This document shows, one piece after another, positions 13,346 through 28,084 of a stretch of 64,000 bases of DNA. The position numbers were made by a program, and so were the translations under genes. This DNA is from the human T2T-CHM13v2.0 reference genome, Homo sapiens: the NCBI RefSeq assembly GCF_009914755.1, contig NC_060925.1; one strand, given 5' to 3'. Positions within the stretch are counted from its first letter, which is position 1. Each line of letters opens with the position of its first letter. The notes under the pieces are model-generated. The model saw only the letters and a program-made list of their open reading frames with translations, made no database searches and had not been told where the DNA came from.

Positions 13346-14911
13346 AGCAGCAAAGCCAGTACACAGAAACTACATGTGGGCCAGAGACCAAGTGGCAAGA
13401 CCAGGTCATGAAGTTTTCATCAGATCATTTAGAAAAATGCTTGGATTGATATTTTAAAGATTGCCATCAAAACGTAAACACAAAATTTAAAATTTCTTGT
13501 AGAACCACTCAGACTCCCAAGAATATTTTTGGGTTCTTGGTTTGAGAGCGAGTGCCTCAGATCAATGAGTGGCAGGCACAGATGGCTACTAGTGGCCTCA
13601 AGCCCATTGTTGGCTGCCTGGTACATCAAGATCACCGTGTGATTTTGTGGGATCCTGAAAATAACCCCTCAAGCAGAGAAAGATAGTCTCGTCTGATTTT
13701 GTCAATGTGAGAATTGAAACAGATGTTTGGTAAATTTCTTGGTCTCATTTCTTCATATTCAGGTGTCTGCCTTCTGCACATTAATTTTTTACATCTTTCT
13801 ACTTTCTTTTGTTTCTTCTCACCAGCCATTCATCGTGTACCTTTTCTTTTTAAATCACTTCAGCACTTGTTAAGACTCTACTTCCACTATCCATCTTTTT
13901 ATTTCTAAGTCTCTGCTCCTGATCCGTGTTAGGCCCATAAGTAAAGCTCTCACCCCCACCCCCATGGTTCTCCAGACTTAGAAGCTGGGATATCCTCCTC
14001 ACATCTGACCTTAGGATGACTCTTTTCTAGGGCCCTTTTCTATGTGCCCATCTTTCTTAGAGAGGAAGCCACTTTCTCCTTGGAGGTGATGGTTTCCCCA
14101 AATGGGTCCATTATTAATGAATCATCCTATAACCTAAGATATGGGTCCTTTTATTAATGAAGAATAGAGGATTCAGAACAAAAAGACAGAGGGGCTCTCC
14201 ATGTTCTTACTACACAGAGGAGTGATGTGTCTTAGCTGAGGACGCTCTGGGTTATGAGACAAGAGGCAAGAGTTACGAGACAAGAATTCCATTGGTTTGT
14301 GTCTGGCAATTTCCTTAGGGCCTCCATTTCCCTATGCTCTGGTGAGAGATTCAGAATAATATCCACTCTTCTGGAAAAGTCAGGGGGGATTATTAAGAAA
14401 TAATCAAAAATCAAAAGGATATGAGATTTGGAACTGAGATTACAGTTTGGCTATTTAGACAAATATATAATCTCTTTGTGCCTCAGTTTGTTTGCTTATA
14501 AAAATGGATATTACAAAAAAAATTTCACAGCATTGTGAGAATTAAGTGGGGCAACACATAATAACATTATACACATATTAGCTGGGATTACTATTATTCT
14601 TTTCCATTTTAATACATTGGGCAAACTTTACTAGATTTGTTGTAGCAGGAGATCCAGAAGTAGCCAGAGAAATACTCAGGAGCAGAGTGCCAGGATTTCT
14701 TCTGTTGTGTCACTGTGGAAATGCTCACCTAATAGACTTATTCTCTGAGTTGGTAATTTTAATTTTTAGCTCTGCTGGTGAATACAGAAATTTACTTTCT
14801 CTGAGTTCAAGAAAAGCTCACTACTTATTAGTTTTATTGTTTCCTTCCACCTGAGTCTGAACCTGATTGAGTTAACATTTGATTAGACAATACCTTCCAT
14901 TTGTAGAATTA

Positions 14912-15260
14912 TATTCATTTATTTAGTCAACAAATGTTTATGGAATTTTGGCAATGTGCTAGACAGTGGGGCACACAAAACTGAATCAGGCTAGAAAACG
15001 CACTCCAAGGAGCTTATGGTCAAGTGGCAAAGACAACTACTGTCAGTCATTAAGGTAAAATGAAGAAAGTGCCATAACAATGGCATCAATGATATGCAGT
15101 GGGTATGAGAGTAAATGAGTGGTATTTTGGCTAAAGCACTTCAGAAAAGTTTTGCTGAGGAGATGATAGGGGACATTGCAGGAGGCAGAGCTGGGGGAAA
15201 GGGGAAGGAGGAGGGTTCAGACAAGGCACTGGAATAGGGAACAAATCAGTGTTGCATGAG
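14912..15260 (-). mobile_element. L2 relic
   Basis: attcatttatttagtcaacaaatgtttatgg...tgtgctagac...ctccaaggagcttatggtc. Confidence 0.6.
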
Positions 15261-15791
15261 TATAGTACCTGTGAGAGAGGGGGGTGGGGGAGGGAGAAAA
15301 GAGAGGCATGGAGGAAAGAAGGGCGGGTCGGTGATGTGCTTATTAAATAAATAAGCAGTAGAGACAAAATGTCTTTTGCCTTTCACGTCTCAGTTTCTCC
15401 TGAGACTCTGACAATTCATCTACTTTTGCAAACTTCATTCTGGTGCTGCTGGCTATATGCCGAGCACTGGCTGGATGCTCAGAATAAAAACAAGAATGAG
15501 ACGTTGGGATTAACAAGGCCATTCAGAATCTTGATTTCAAGCACAAAGTCAATCCTTTCAACTAATTTACTCAAGTGTTACCTCTTATCCCATTAAGATC
15601 ACTAACCCATAGGCCCTATTAGTTTTTCCACCTTCCTCACCCTCATCTTATCATCCATCAGTTCCTTTTCACCTGGATTCCATATTCTAGTATCATAGTC
15701 ACTCCTTCATAAAAATTCTTAACTTTTCTCCCACCCCCTATAGTAAACAGCTGGCAAAGTTTCAATAGTCCATTTACTTGATGCCTACACT

Positions 15792-15923
15792 GGAAAAGAA
15801 AGAGAGAGAGGAAGGAAGGAAGGAAGGAAAGAAGGAAGGGAGGGAGGGAGGGAAGGGAAGGGAGGAAAAAGGAGTAAGAAAGAAAATAAGGAAGAAATGA
15901 AAAAAGGAAGAAAGGGAAAGAAA
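15792..15923. repeat. (GGAA/GGGA)n purine-rich low-complexity tract
   Basis: gaaggaaggaaggaagg...gggagggagggaggg. Confidence 0.9.
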
Positions 15924-16499
15924 ATACACAACTTGTTGCTTGCTGGATAGCTTTAAATTTTTTACCACAAATCTCAAAAGAATACTTTACATTGGCCAGA
16001 CAACCCAACTACATCTTTCTAAATGAAAAAATTCACTTTTCCACTCTCTGAGATGACTACTTTACACTTTTTTCCTTTCTCTCTAATCTCTGCCACCATC
16101 CCACAGCTGATGGTCCTGCTTTGAAGACACAGCTGGAAAAAAAATTAGGTCTTTATTTTAGACATTCTTACAAGCCACTGCATCTGTAGGCATATACTTT
16201 GCCTTCCAAAGTATACTCTCCTTTGGTAAGTACATTGATATGTTATTTTTCCAATAAATTTTTTTTCTTGGAAGAAGCAGCTTCCTGTGTGACTTTGGAG
16301 AAGTGTCTTAGCTTCTGAGTCTCAATTTTCTTATATGTACAATGGGGATAACAACCTGCCCTGCCTACCTCACAGAATTATTGAGGGGATCAAATGTGTT
16401 GGTGGAATTGGAAGCACTTTGCAAAGCATGAAAACACTACAGAGGGACATGATATGACAGAATAACTAGGGGGCCACGTCTTTTGATTTGAGATAGTAA

Positions 16500-16976
16500 A
16501 TAGTAGGCCATATAGGTATTCATTTCAAATGGCTCAAATTAAGAAACGTGAATGAAAGGACTGGCTACAGAGATGTAGACAGGGTTAAAGTAACATAAAA
16601 GAGACCACTGAGGCACCATTAGCCACAGTGGGAGCCAGTTACTTCCCCAAGACCCCAGGGGCAAGGGGAAGATGTAGTATTACTGGAACTCAATCAGAGT
16701 TTGCTGGGAGTGGAACGGCCTTGGGGGAGCAGTAGCTCTGGAAGCGTGCAGCTCCTGCCCCGGGACTTGATGGTGAAGCAGGATGGGAGGGGAGAGGAAT
16801 ACCTCTCTCCTGTACCCTCTGACCTGCTGCTGACTGTTGGCCAATTCCAATAAAAGCCAGAAGGAAGATAGCCTAGGCCTGTAGTCCACAGAGTCAACCT
16901 CTGGGTCACAAAGCAGGGCCAGAGAAGGGAGGGGAATGGGGAACGGGAAGTTAGCAAATAGAGAATTATCAGCACA
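16500..16976 (-). mobile_element. LTR33-like ERVL solo LTR
   Basis: Reverse complement begins TGTGCTGATAATTCTC; internal aaaggactggctacagagatg...agggttaa and aaagccagaagg...gtagtccacagagtcaacctc; left boundary approximate. Confidence 0.7.
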
Positions 16977-17757
16977 GAAACCATTCTCTGAGGGAAGTGC
17001 TATACAGTATTTCAATTAGGAGACTGCAATAGTGAAAACTGGAATTAAAAATGGAAACATTGATAGGATGGACTGTTCAACCTTCCTCCTTGCCTGTGTA
17101 TTCAGAATTTATATTTTCCCCTGTGAAGTGGGTGGCTCAGAGGTGAGCTTGCAGCCCAGTAGGCCCCTGGGCTCAACCTGCAATGCAGAATTTGAAATAA
17201 TTGATTTAATTCGTGGACCATGCTAGGAGCTCAGAGAAGGAAATGTGAGCAACTTTCCTACTTACTATTTTTCTATCGCTTACCTGAAAACCATTCTTTC
17301 CCTTTCTTCCTTTCCTCTCTTTTCTTTTGTCTTTTGAAAAGGGCACAGTTATTGAATAATTGTTAGCACATAGCATGCATTTGATGCTCTCCCTGGAGAT
17401 TTTGGTCTTTACTTGGTAACAGTCAATCAGCACGTTTTCCTCTCAACAATATTAACATCCAAGATGGTGAGATAAACAAGCTCATTAAAAAGCAAGTTGT
17501 TACATGAAGCAAACACCTTAAACTAATAAAGCTTGGCATCCTCTGTGGTACACCCAGGGAAACGGTATTAGCAGTCTTGATAGCAGTCTGCATTTAAGAA
17601 AAAGGCCCAGAAGGCAGCCAGTTTATCCTGTAGAAATATTCAGGAACCTCATCCATTCATGATGCCATGAGGAAATGCTAGGCCTGCATGCTCAGAGGGA
17701 AAATGTTCAGATGGCATGCTTATAGGAGGCTCTTTTCATTCCTTTAAGGGAACTTTT

Positions 17758-18010
17758 TCCATTTATTCAATGCATTTATTGAGTAACTGTGAGATGCACT
17801 GTGCTGGCAACTAGGCATATAAGGATGAGTAAGATGCCATCCCAGCCATGAAAGGGTTCACATTCTGCTGGATGAGATACTGATGGGTAAACAGACCCAG
17901 GTCTAGAGAGTTAAGTGCACTGATAGAGATAAGCCCAGAGGAAGCCTGTAAGAACATAAAGAAGGTGTAATCAGATCCAGTTAAGGCTGGGGAAGAGGAT
18001 GGAGACAACT
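17758..18010 (-). mobile_element. L2 relic
   Basis: atttattcaatgcatttattgagt...cactgtgctgg...gggttcacattctgctgg. Confidence 0.6.
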
Positions 18011-19714
18011 CTTCAGGGCCTATGCCTTTCTTATTTATTCAAGGAACAGTGAATATAGCATCACACATGTAGTTCTAAGAGTTTTGATGGCCTGGACTTC
18101 CATTTACTTGGAGGCTCACTGAACCAGTGGGCGAACTATTCTACTGGAGACCATACAACTTGATGCAATTTGGAAGGTGATGCCTACCCCCAGGCCTGCA
18201 GCCGTCTCCAGGTGGGTGGAAAGCCTCAGCATGCACATAACACCCATGCTGGCCCATGGGGTCATGGGTGAATAACTGGCTGCAATAGTTAGGCATCCCA
18301 GGAGGGCAGGACACTGAGGCTTGACCTGGGATGAAAAGGGATTGGGGGAGGAATGGGGTTTGCAGTGGTGAAAATGAGATTTGTAGGTTTCTGTCTAAAC
18401 TGCTCCGATTGAAGAGAAATTTTGGAGCTACAAGGCCTACCTCCCCTCAAGGAAGGCTAGGACCCATTTGACCTTGGAGAAGGATAGCTCTTCCATATCT
18501 AAAAAGCAGGGAGTATGAGGGAGAAATCTAACGTTTGTCAAGTACATATTACATATTCTGCAGTTCTGATTGATGTTAAGCTCAATTAATTTTCCCACAT
18601 TCCCATGAAAGAAGGGTTTCCCCGCTGCTGCTTTTAAATCTCTATCTTAGAGAAAGAAATTTAAGGTTGCAGGGAGTTTAAGGAAGTGGACCCAGGCACT
18701 GAGGAGATTAGTGGTGGGAAGGATTTGAATCAAGGTCTGGCTGACCCTCCTATCCCACCTCCCACAGATCCTGACTTGAGTCTGAGTGGCATCCTGGCTC
18801 AGAGCTTTTCTCTAAGGTAGCTGCAGCTCCCAATATATCCTTAGAGTATCACTTGGTTGGGTGGTAAAGAATGAAACTGAGTCAGCATGTGGTTTAGCTG
18901 GCCTGTCCCTGTCTCTGTGTGGGGACTCAGAATGGTTGAGACAGACCCATCTGGTTCTGGAGCACCCTTAGGAGACCAGTTAAGGAAGGAACAGCACTTT
19001 CCTTGTTCTCAGAGTCAATTTAGAAAGAAAAGAGTCATGAAACAGCCACGTTCCTGTGTAATATTTTTGCTAATTAACCTCCAAAGAGAGCCGTGATGTT
19101 GGCTAATTTTTAAAGAAAATATTCTTTTTCACCTGTACTTTTGTAAGCTGGAGTTTATTCTATTGATCTCTTTTGAGGGCATGAGATTAATATTCCCTAG
19201 TAGGGTGTGTGAGGCTTGTGCCTGTCTTTCTGTCTACCATTATTCCCACAGCATTGAGCACACTGCCCGGTGGGTGCCCAGTAAGTATTTGTTGAATTGA
19301 TGAATTCCAGAAGCAACTGGAAAAGGCTCTCAGTAGTACCATCTTTGAGCTCACCACTGGGCTCTCCCCAGGTCATTTCTGGGTTAGGGTGGAAAGAATG
19401 GGATCAGTGGAATCTAGTGTAAATTGTTACTGGTGGAAATAGAAACATGGCATTGCTGGGTACTGCTACCCACCCCCTGCCCCCAACCCCGCACTATGTC
19501 TCCCCTTTGTGCCTTCTTCCTCTTTAATGCACCCCGTGGAGGAAGGGAGGCAAACTGAGAAAAAAAAATCCCTGATAAAAGGCAGGAAGTGATAATAAGT
19601 GGAAGAAGTGGTGGAGCAAAGGCTATAGGAGGTGTAAGGGAGGGAGAAATCCATTCTAAATGAGATGGGATTTCATGAAGTGTTATGATGGCAGCTCCTA
19701 TAGCCAAAAGACAG

Positions 19715-19749
19715 AAGCAAAGCAAAACAAAACAAAACAAACAAACAAG
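19715..19749. repeat. (CAAAA/CAAA)n microsatellite
   Basis: aagcaaagcaaaacaaaacaaaacaaacaaacaag. Confidence 0.85.
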
Positions 19750-21013
19750 AAGCATTTTGGGAGTCTGAGATTACAGTCTGGCTTTCCTGTGACCTTGAGT
19801 AAGTCTTGTGCCCTTGGTGGCCTCAGCTTCCTCATCTGCTGTGCGAGAGGATGAACAAGCTGGGCTAGTCCACAAGATAGTTTCTTTTTTCTCCAATTTA
19901 TTTTTAAATTTACACAACGTAAAATTCACTTTTTGTTGTATAGTTCTCTGTGACTTTTGGCAAATGCGTAGAGTTGTGTAGCTTTTCCCAAAATTCTTTC
20001 ATGGTGTTCTTCTACTGTGAACCCCTCCCTCATAGTCCTATTGTCTTTTCTCTCCCAGAATGTCATGAATTGAACCTCCAGTACATAGCCTTCTGGGTCT
20101 GGTTTGTTTCACTTAACATAATGCATTTGGGATTTATCCATGTTATAACATGTCACAGTACTACATTCCTTTCTGTTGCTGAGTAGTATTCTATGTATGT
20201 ACATACCAATTGTTTATGTATTTGCCGGTTAAAGATTAGGCTGATTCCAGTTTTTGTCAATTATGAATAAGGCTGCTGAAAACATTCACACACAGATTTT
20301 TTTGTGAATACAAGGTTTTATTTTTCCTGGAGTAGCAGTGGAATGCCTGGGTCTTACAGTAAATACATGCTGAATTTTATAATAAACAAAAACTCTTTTT
20401 CAATATGGCTGTATCATTTTTCACTCCCAACAGCAACATTTGAGTTTCAATTGCTCCACATCCTTGCTAGCACTTGGCATTTTCAGTTTATTTTATTTTA
20501 CTTGTTCTAATAGGTATGCACTGGTAGTGTGGTTTCTATTTGCATTTCTCTAATGATTAATGGTGCTCAACATGTTTTCTTGTGCTTATTTGCCATACAT
20601 ATATTTTCTTTTGTGATGTGCCTGTTTAGATATTTTGCTCCTTATATTTTCCAACTGGGTTGCTTGTTTTCTTGCTATTTAGTTTGAGAGCTGCGCATAT
20701 ATATTGGACACAAGTTCTTTGTCAGATATGTGATTTGCAAATATTTTCTCCTATTCTGTGGTGTATGTTTTTTAATCATTTTCTTAAGAGTATCCTTTAC
20801 GGAGCAAAGGTTTTTAAAATTTTGAGGAAGTCCAATTTATCATTTTTTTGTTTTATGGATCAGGCTTTTTTGTCATATCTAAGGATTCTTTGCCTAATTA
20901 AGATCACAGGGATATTTTTTCATGTTTTCTTTTAAAAGTCTTATAGCTTTATATTTCACATTCAGGTCTGTGATATATTTTGACTTAATCTTTCTGCAAT
21001 GTGTGACCAGCAG

Positions 21014-21074
21014 CCCCTCTTCTTCCTCCTCCTCTTCTTCTTCCCCTTCCTCCTCTTCCTCCTCCTCCTCCTCC
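21014..21074. repeat. (CCT/CTT)n low-complexity tract
   Basis: Produces the poly-E and poly-S pseudo-ORFs in the track. Confidence 0.9.
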
Positions 21075-24044
21075 TTTGCATTTGTTGAAAATATTATGCT
21101 TTCTCCAGTGATTTGTCCACACATTTTTGTCAAAATTCAATTGACCATATTTGTGTGTTTTCATTTTTGGACTTTCTATTCTGTTTCACTGATTTGTTTA
21201 TATATCTTTCAGTCATTAGGACATTGTTTGGTTATTTTTGCTTTATAATAAATCTTGAAGTAAAGTAATGTGTGTACTCCAACTTTGTTCTTCCCCCAAC
21301 TCCTAAAATTGTTTTGGCTCTTCTAGTTACTTTGCCTTTCCCTATAAATTTTGGAATCATCTTGTTGATTTTTATAAACACCTACTGGGACTTTAATTAG
21401 GATTTTATTGAATCCATAGATGAATTTGGATCTATAGATTCAATAAAACATCTCAATAATATTGTTTCCTCATTCATGAAAATAGTCACTTATTACTTCC
21501 TGACTTTTATCTGTCCATTTATTTAGGTCTTTCTTCAATTTCTTTCATCAGTATTTTATAGTTTTCACATATATTTCCTGTGCAGTTTCCCTGAACATAT
21601 TTTGTTCGACTTATACTTACGCATTTCATTTATTTTGGCACTGTTGCAAACATGACTCTTTTACTTAAAAAAATTAGATTTCTAATTACTCATTCCTAGA
21701 AAATAAAAATATTGGTAACATTTTTATCAGTTGATTTTTATATAGTGGCCTTATGTCCTGCAACATTGGCAAACCCACTTATTACTTTCATGATTCTTTT
21801 GTAGGTTGTTTCAGATGGTTTTTTCTTTCAATATTTTGCCTAGTTTTGATGTCAGCATAATGCTGATATAAAAGAAGGGTCTTAAATTATATAAGTATCT
21901 ACTTTAAGAAACCAGAAAAAGAGCAACTTGAACCCAAAGCAAGTGACAGAAAGAAAATAATAAAGATAAAAGCAGAAATCAGTAAAACTGAAATGAGAAA
22001 AACAAATAAAATCAGTGAAGTGTTGGAGTATTTTACATTTCACATTCAGGTCTACAGGCTATTTTGACTTAATCTTAAAATACATAAATGTATTTTACAT
22101 TTTTTTGGGTAAAATACACAGGTATTTTGTAAAAAAAATACAAAAATACATTTATGTATTTACAAAAGAAATAAGATATCAATTCTATATAATCTCAGAA
22201 ATGCAAAGAGGTGAGAGCACTTCCCAACTCATTTTATGTATTTTGTGTAAAATCTTCATTCATTTCATTTCATTCAAGGTTTGAAAATTATGGATATAAA
22301 GTTGTTATGGTCTTTTCTTTCTTAAAATTAATTAATTCATTCATTATTATACTTTGAGTTCTGGGATACATGTGCAGAACGTGCAGGATTGTTACATAGG
22401 TATACATGTGCAATGGTGGTTTGTTGCACCCATCAACCTGTCATCTACATTAGGTATTTATCCTAATGCCATCCCTCCCCTTGGCCCCACCCCCTGACAG
22501 GTACCAATGTATGATGTTCCCCTCCCTGTGTTCTTATGTTCTCATTGTTCGGTTCCCACTTATGGGTGAGAACACATGGTGTTTGGTTTTCTGTTGCTGT
22601 GTTAGTTTGCTGAGAATGATGGTTTCCAGCTTCGTCCATGTCCCTGCAAAAGACATGACTTTATCTTTTTTTTGGCTGCATAGCATTCCATGGTGTATAT
22701 ATGCCACATTTTCTTTATCCAGTCTATGACTGATGGGCATTTGGGTTGGTTCCAAGTCTTTGCTACTGTGAATAGTGCTGCAATAAACATACATGTGCAT
22801 GTGTCTTTATAATAGAATGATTTATAATCCTTTGGGTATATAGCCAGTAATGGGATTGCTGGGTCAAATGGTATTTCTGGTTCTACATCCTTAAGGAATC
22901 GCCACACTGCCTTCCACAACAGTTGAAATAATTTACACTCCCACCAACCATGTAAAAACATTCCTATTTCTCCACATCCTCTCCAGCGTCTGTTGTTTCC
23001 TGACTTTTTAATGATCGCCATTCTAACGGGCATGAGATGGTATCTCATTGTGATTTGATTTGCAGTTCTCTAATGACCAGTGATGATGAGCTATTTTTCA
23101 TATGTTTCTTGGCTGCATAAATGTCTTCCTTTGAGAAGTGTCTGTTCATATCCTTCACCCACTTTTTGATGGGGTTGTTTGTTTTTTTTCTTGTAAATTT
23201 ATTTAAGTTTCTTGTAGATTCTGAATATTAGCCCTTTGTCAGATGAGTAGATTGCAAAAATTTTCTCCCATTCTGTAGGTTACTTGTTCACTCTGATGAC
23301 AGTTTCTTTTTCTGTGCAGAAGCTCTTTAGTTTAATTAGATCCCATTTGTCAATTTTGGCTTTTGTTGCCATTGCTTTTTGTGTTTTAGTCATGAAGTCT
23401 TTGTCCATACCTATGTCATGAATGGTATTGCCTAGGTTTTCTTCTAGGGTTTTTATGATTTTAGGTCTTACATTTAAGTCTTTAATCCATCTTGAGTTAA
23501 TTTTTGCATAAGGTGTAAGGAAGGGGTCCAGTTTCAGTTTTCTGCATATGGCTAGCCGGTTTTCCCAACAACAATTATTAAATAGGAATCGTTTCCCCAT
23601 TGCTTGTTTTTGTTAGGTTTGTTGAATATCAGATAATTGTGGATATGTGGTGGTATTTCTGAGTCTCTGTTTTGTTCCATTGGTCTATATATCTGTTTTG
23701 GTACCAGTACCATGCTGTTTTGGTTACTGTAGCCTTATAGTATAGTTTGAAGTCAGGTAGCTTGATGCCTCCAGCTTTGTTCTTTTTGCTTAGATTGTCC
23801 TGCCTATCTGGGCTCTTTTTTGCTTCCATATTAAATTTAAAGTAGTTTTTTTCTTATTCTGTGCAGAAAGTCAATGGTAGCTTGATGGGGATAGCATTGA
23901 ATCTATAAATTACTTTGGGCAGTATGGCCATTTTCATGATATTGATTCTTCCTATCCATGATCATGGAATGTTTTTCCATTTGTTTGTGTCCTCTATTAT
24001 TTTGTTGAGCACTGGTTTGTAGTTCTCCTTGAAGAGGCCCCTCA

Positions 24045-25511
<1,467 letters not shown>

Positions 25512-26543
25512 TGCACATCGATTTTGTATCATGAGAATTTGCTGAAGTTGCTTATCAGCTTAAGGAGATTTTGGGCTGAGAAAATGGGGTTTTCTAAATA
25601 TACAATTATGTCATCTGCAAAGAGAGACAATTTGACTTCCTCTCTTCTTATCTGAATATCCTTTATTTCTTTCTCTTTCCTGATTGCTCCAGACAGAACT
25701 TCCAATACTATGTAGAATAGGAGTGGTGAGAGAGGTCATCCTTGTCATGTGCCTGTTTTCAAACAGAATACTTCCAGTTTTTGCACATTCAGTATGATAT
25801 TGGCTCTGAGTTTGTCATAAATAGCTCTTATTATTTTGAGATATGTTCCATCAATACCTAGTTTATTGAGAGTTTTTAGTATGAAGGGATGTTGAATTAT
25901 ATCAAAGACCTTTTCTGCATGTATTGAGATAATCATGTGGTTTTTGTCTTTGGTTCTGTTTATGTGATGGATTACATTTATTGATTTGCATTTGTTGAAC
26001 CAGTCTTGCATCCCAGGGATGAAGCTGACTTGATTGTGGTGGATAAGGTTTTTGATGTGCTGCTGGATTTGGTTTCCTAGTATTTTATTGAGGATCTTTG
26101 CATCGATGTTCATCAGTGATATTGGCCTGAAATTTTCTTTTTTTATTGTTGTTGTGTCTCTGCCAGGTTTTGGTATCAGGATGATGCTGGCCTCATAAAA
26201 CGAGTTAGGGAGGAGTTCCTCTTTTTCTATTGTTTGGAATAGTTTCAGAAGGAATGGTACCAGCTCCTCTTTGTACCTCTGGTAGAATTTGGCTGTGAGT
26301 CCATCTTGTCTTGGGCTTTTTTTTTAGTTGGCAGGCTATTAATTACTGCTTCAATTTCAGAGCTTGTTGTTGGTGTACTCAGGGATTCAACTTCTTCCTG
26401 GTTTAGTCTTGGGAGGGTGTATGCGTCCAGGAATTTATTCATTTCTTCTAGATTTTCTAGTTTATTTGTGTAAAGGTGTTTACAGTATTCTCTGATGGTA
26501 GTTTGTATTTCTGTGGGAAGAGTGGTGATATCCCTTTTATCAC

Positions 26544-26839
26544 TTTTTTTTTTCTTTTTGAGATGGATTCTTACACTGTTGCCTGGGCTGAAGTGCAGTG
26601 GCACGATCTCAGTTCACTGCTACCCCTGCCTCCCCAGTTCAAGAAATTCTCCTGCCTCACCCTCCTGAGTAGCTAGTATTACAGGCACCTGCCACCACGC
26701 CCAGCTAATTTTTTGTATTTTTAGTGGAATGAGGTTTCACCATGTTGGCCAGGCTGGTCTCAAACTCCCGACCTCATGATTCACCTGCCTCAGCCTCCTA
26801 AAGTGCTGGGATTACAGACGTGAGTCACTGAGCCTGGCC
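26544..26839 (-). mobile_element. AluS (Sg-like) inserted in copy A
   Basis: Full dimer; TSD atcac/atcat plus T-run; acctcatgat 2-bp deletion type. Confidence 0.93.
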
Positions 26840-28084
26840 ATCATTTTTTATTGTGTCTATTTGATTCTTCTCTCTTTTCTTCTTTATTAGTCTGGCTACT
26901 GGTCTATTTTATTAATCTTTTCAAAAAAACAGCTCCTGAATTCATTGATTTTTGGAGGGTTTTTCATTTCTTATCTCCTTCAGTTCTGCTCTGATCCTAG
27001 TTATTTCTTCTCTTCTGCTAGTTTTTGAATTTATTTTTTCTTGCTTCTCTAGTTTTTCTAATTGTGATGTTAGGGTGTCAATTTTACATCTTTCCTGGTT
27101 TTACATGTGGACATTTAGTGCTATAAATTTCCCTCTAAACACTGCTTTAGCTGTGTCCCAGAGATTCTAGTATGTTGTGTCTTTGTACTCATTGGTTCCA
27201 AAGAACGTATTTATTTCTGCCTTAATTTCATTATTTACCCAGTAGTCGTTCAGGAGCAGACTCTTCAGTTTCCATGTAGTTTTGCAGTTTTGAGGGAGTT
27301 TCTTAATCCTGAGTTCAAATTTGATTGCACTGTGCTCTGAGACACTGTTTGTTATGATATCCGTGCTTTTGCATTTGCTGAGGAGTGTTTTACTTCCAAT
27401 TATGTCATCAATTTCAGAATAAGTGTGATGTGGTACTCAGAAGAATGTACATTCTGTTGACTTGGGGTGGAGAGTTCTGTAGATGTCTATTAGATCTGCT
27501 TGGTCCAGAGTTGAGTTCAAGTCCTGAATATACTTGTTAATTTTCTGTCTCATTGATCTGTTTAATATTAACAGTGGGGTGTTAAAGTCTCCCACTATTA
27601 TTGTGTGGGAGTCTAAGTCTCTTCGTAGGTCCCTAAGAACTTGCTTTATGAATCTGGGTGCTCCTGTATTGGGTGCATATATATTGAGAATAGTTAACTC
27701 TTTTTGTTGCATTGATCCCTTTACCATTATGTAATGCCCTTCTTTGTCCTTTTTGATCTTTGTTGGTTTAAAGTTTGTTTTATCAGAGACTAGGATTGCA
27801 GCCCCTGCTTTTTTTGCTTTCCATTTGCTTGGTAAATATTCCTCCATCCCTTTATTTTGAGCCTATATGTGTCTTTGTATGTGAGATGGGTCTCCTGAAT
27901 ACAGCACATCAATGAGTCTTGACTCTTTATCCAATTTGCCAGTCTGTGTCTTTTAATTGGGGGCATTTAGCCCATTTACATTTAATGCTAATATTGTTCT
28001 GTGTGAATTTGATCCTGTTATTATGATGCTAGCTGGTTATTTTGCCCATTAGTTGATGCAGTTTCTTCATAGTGTTGATGGTCT

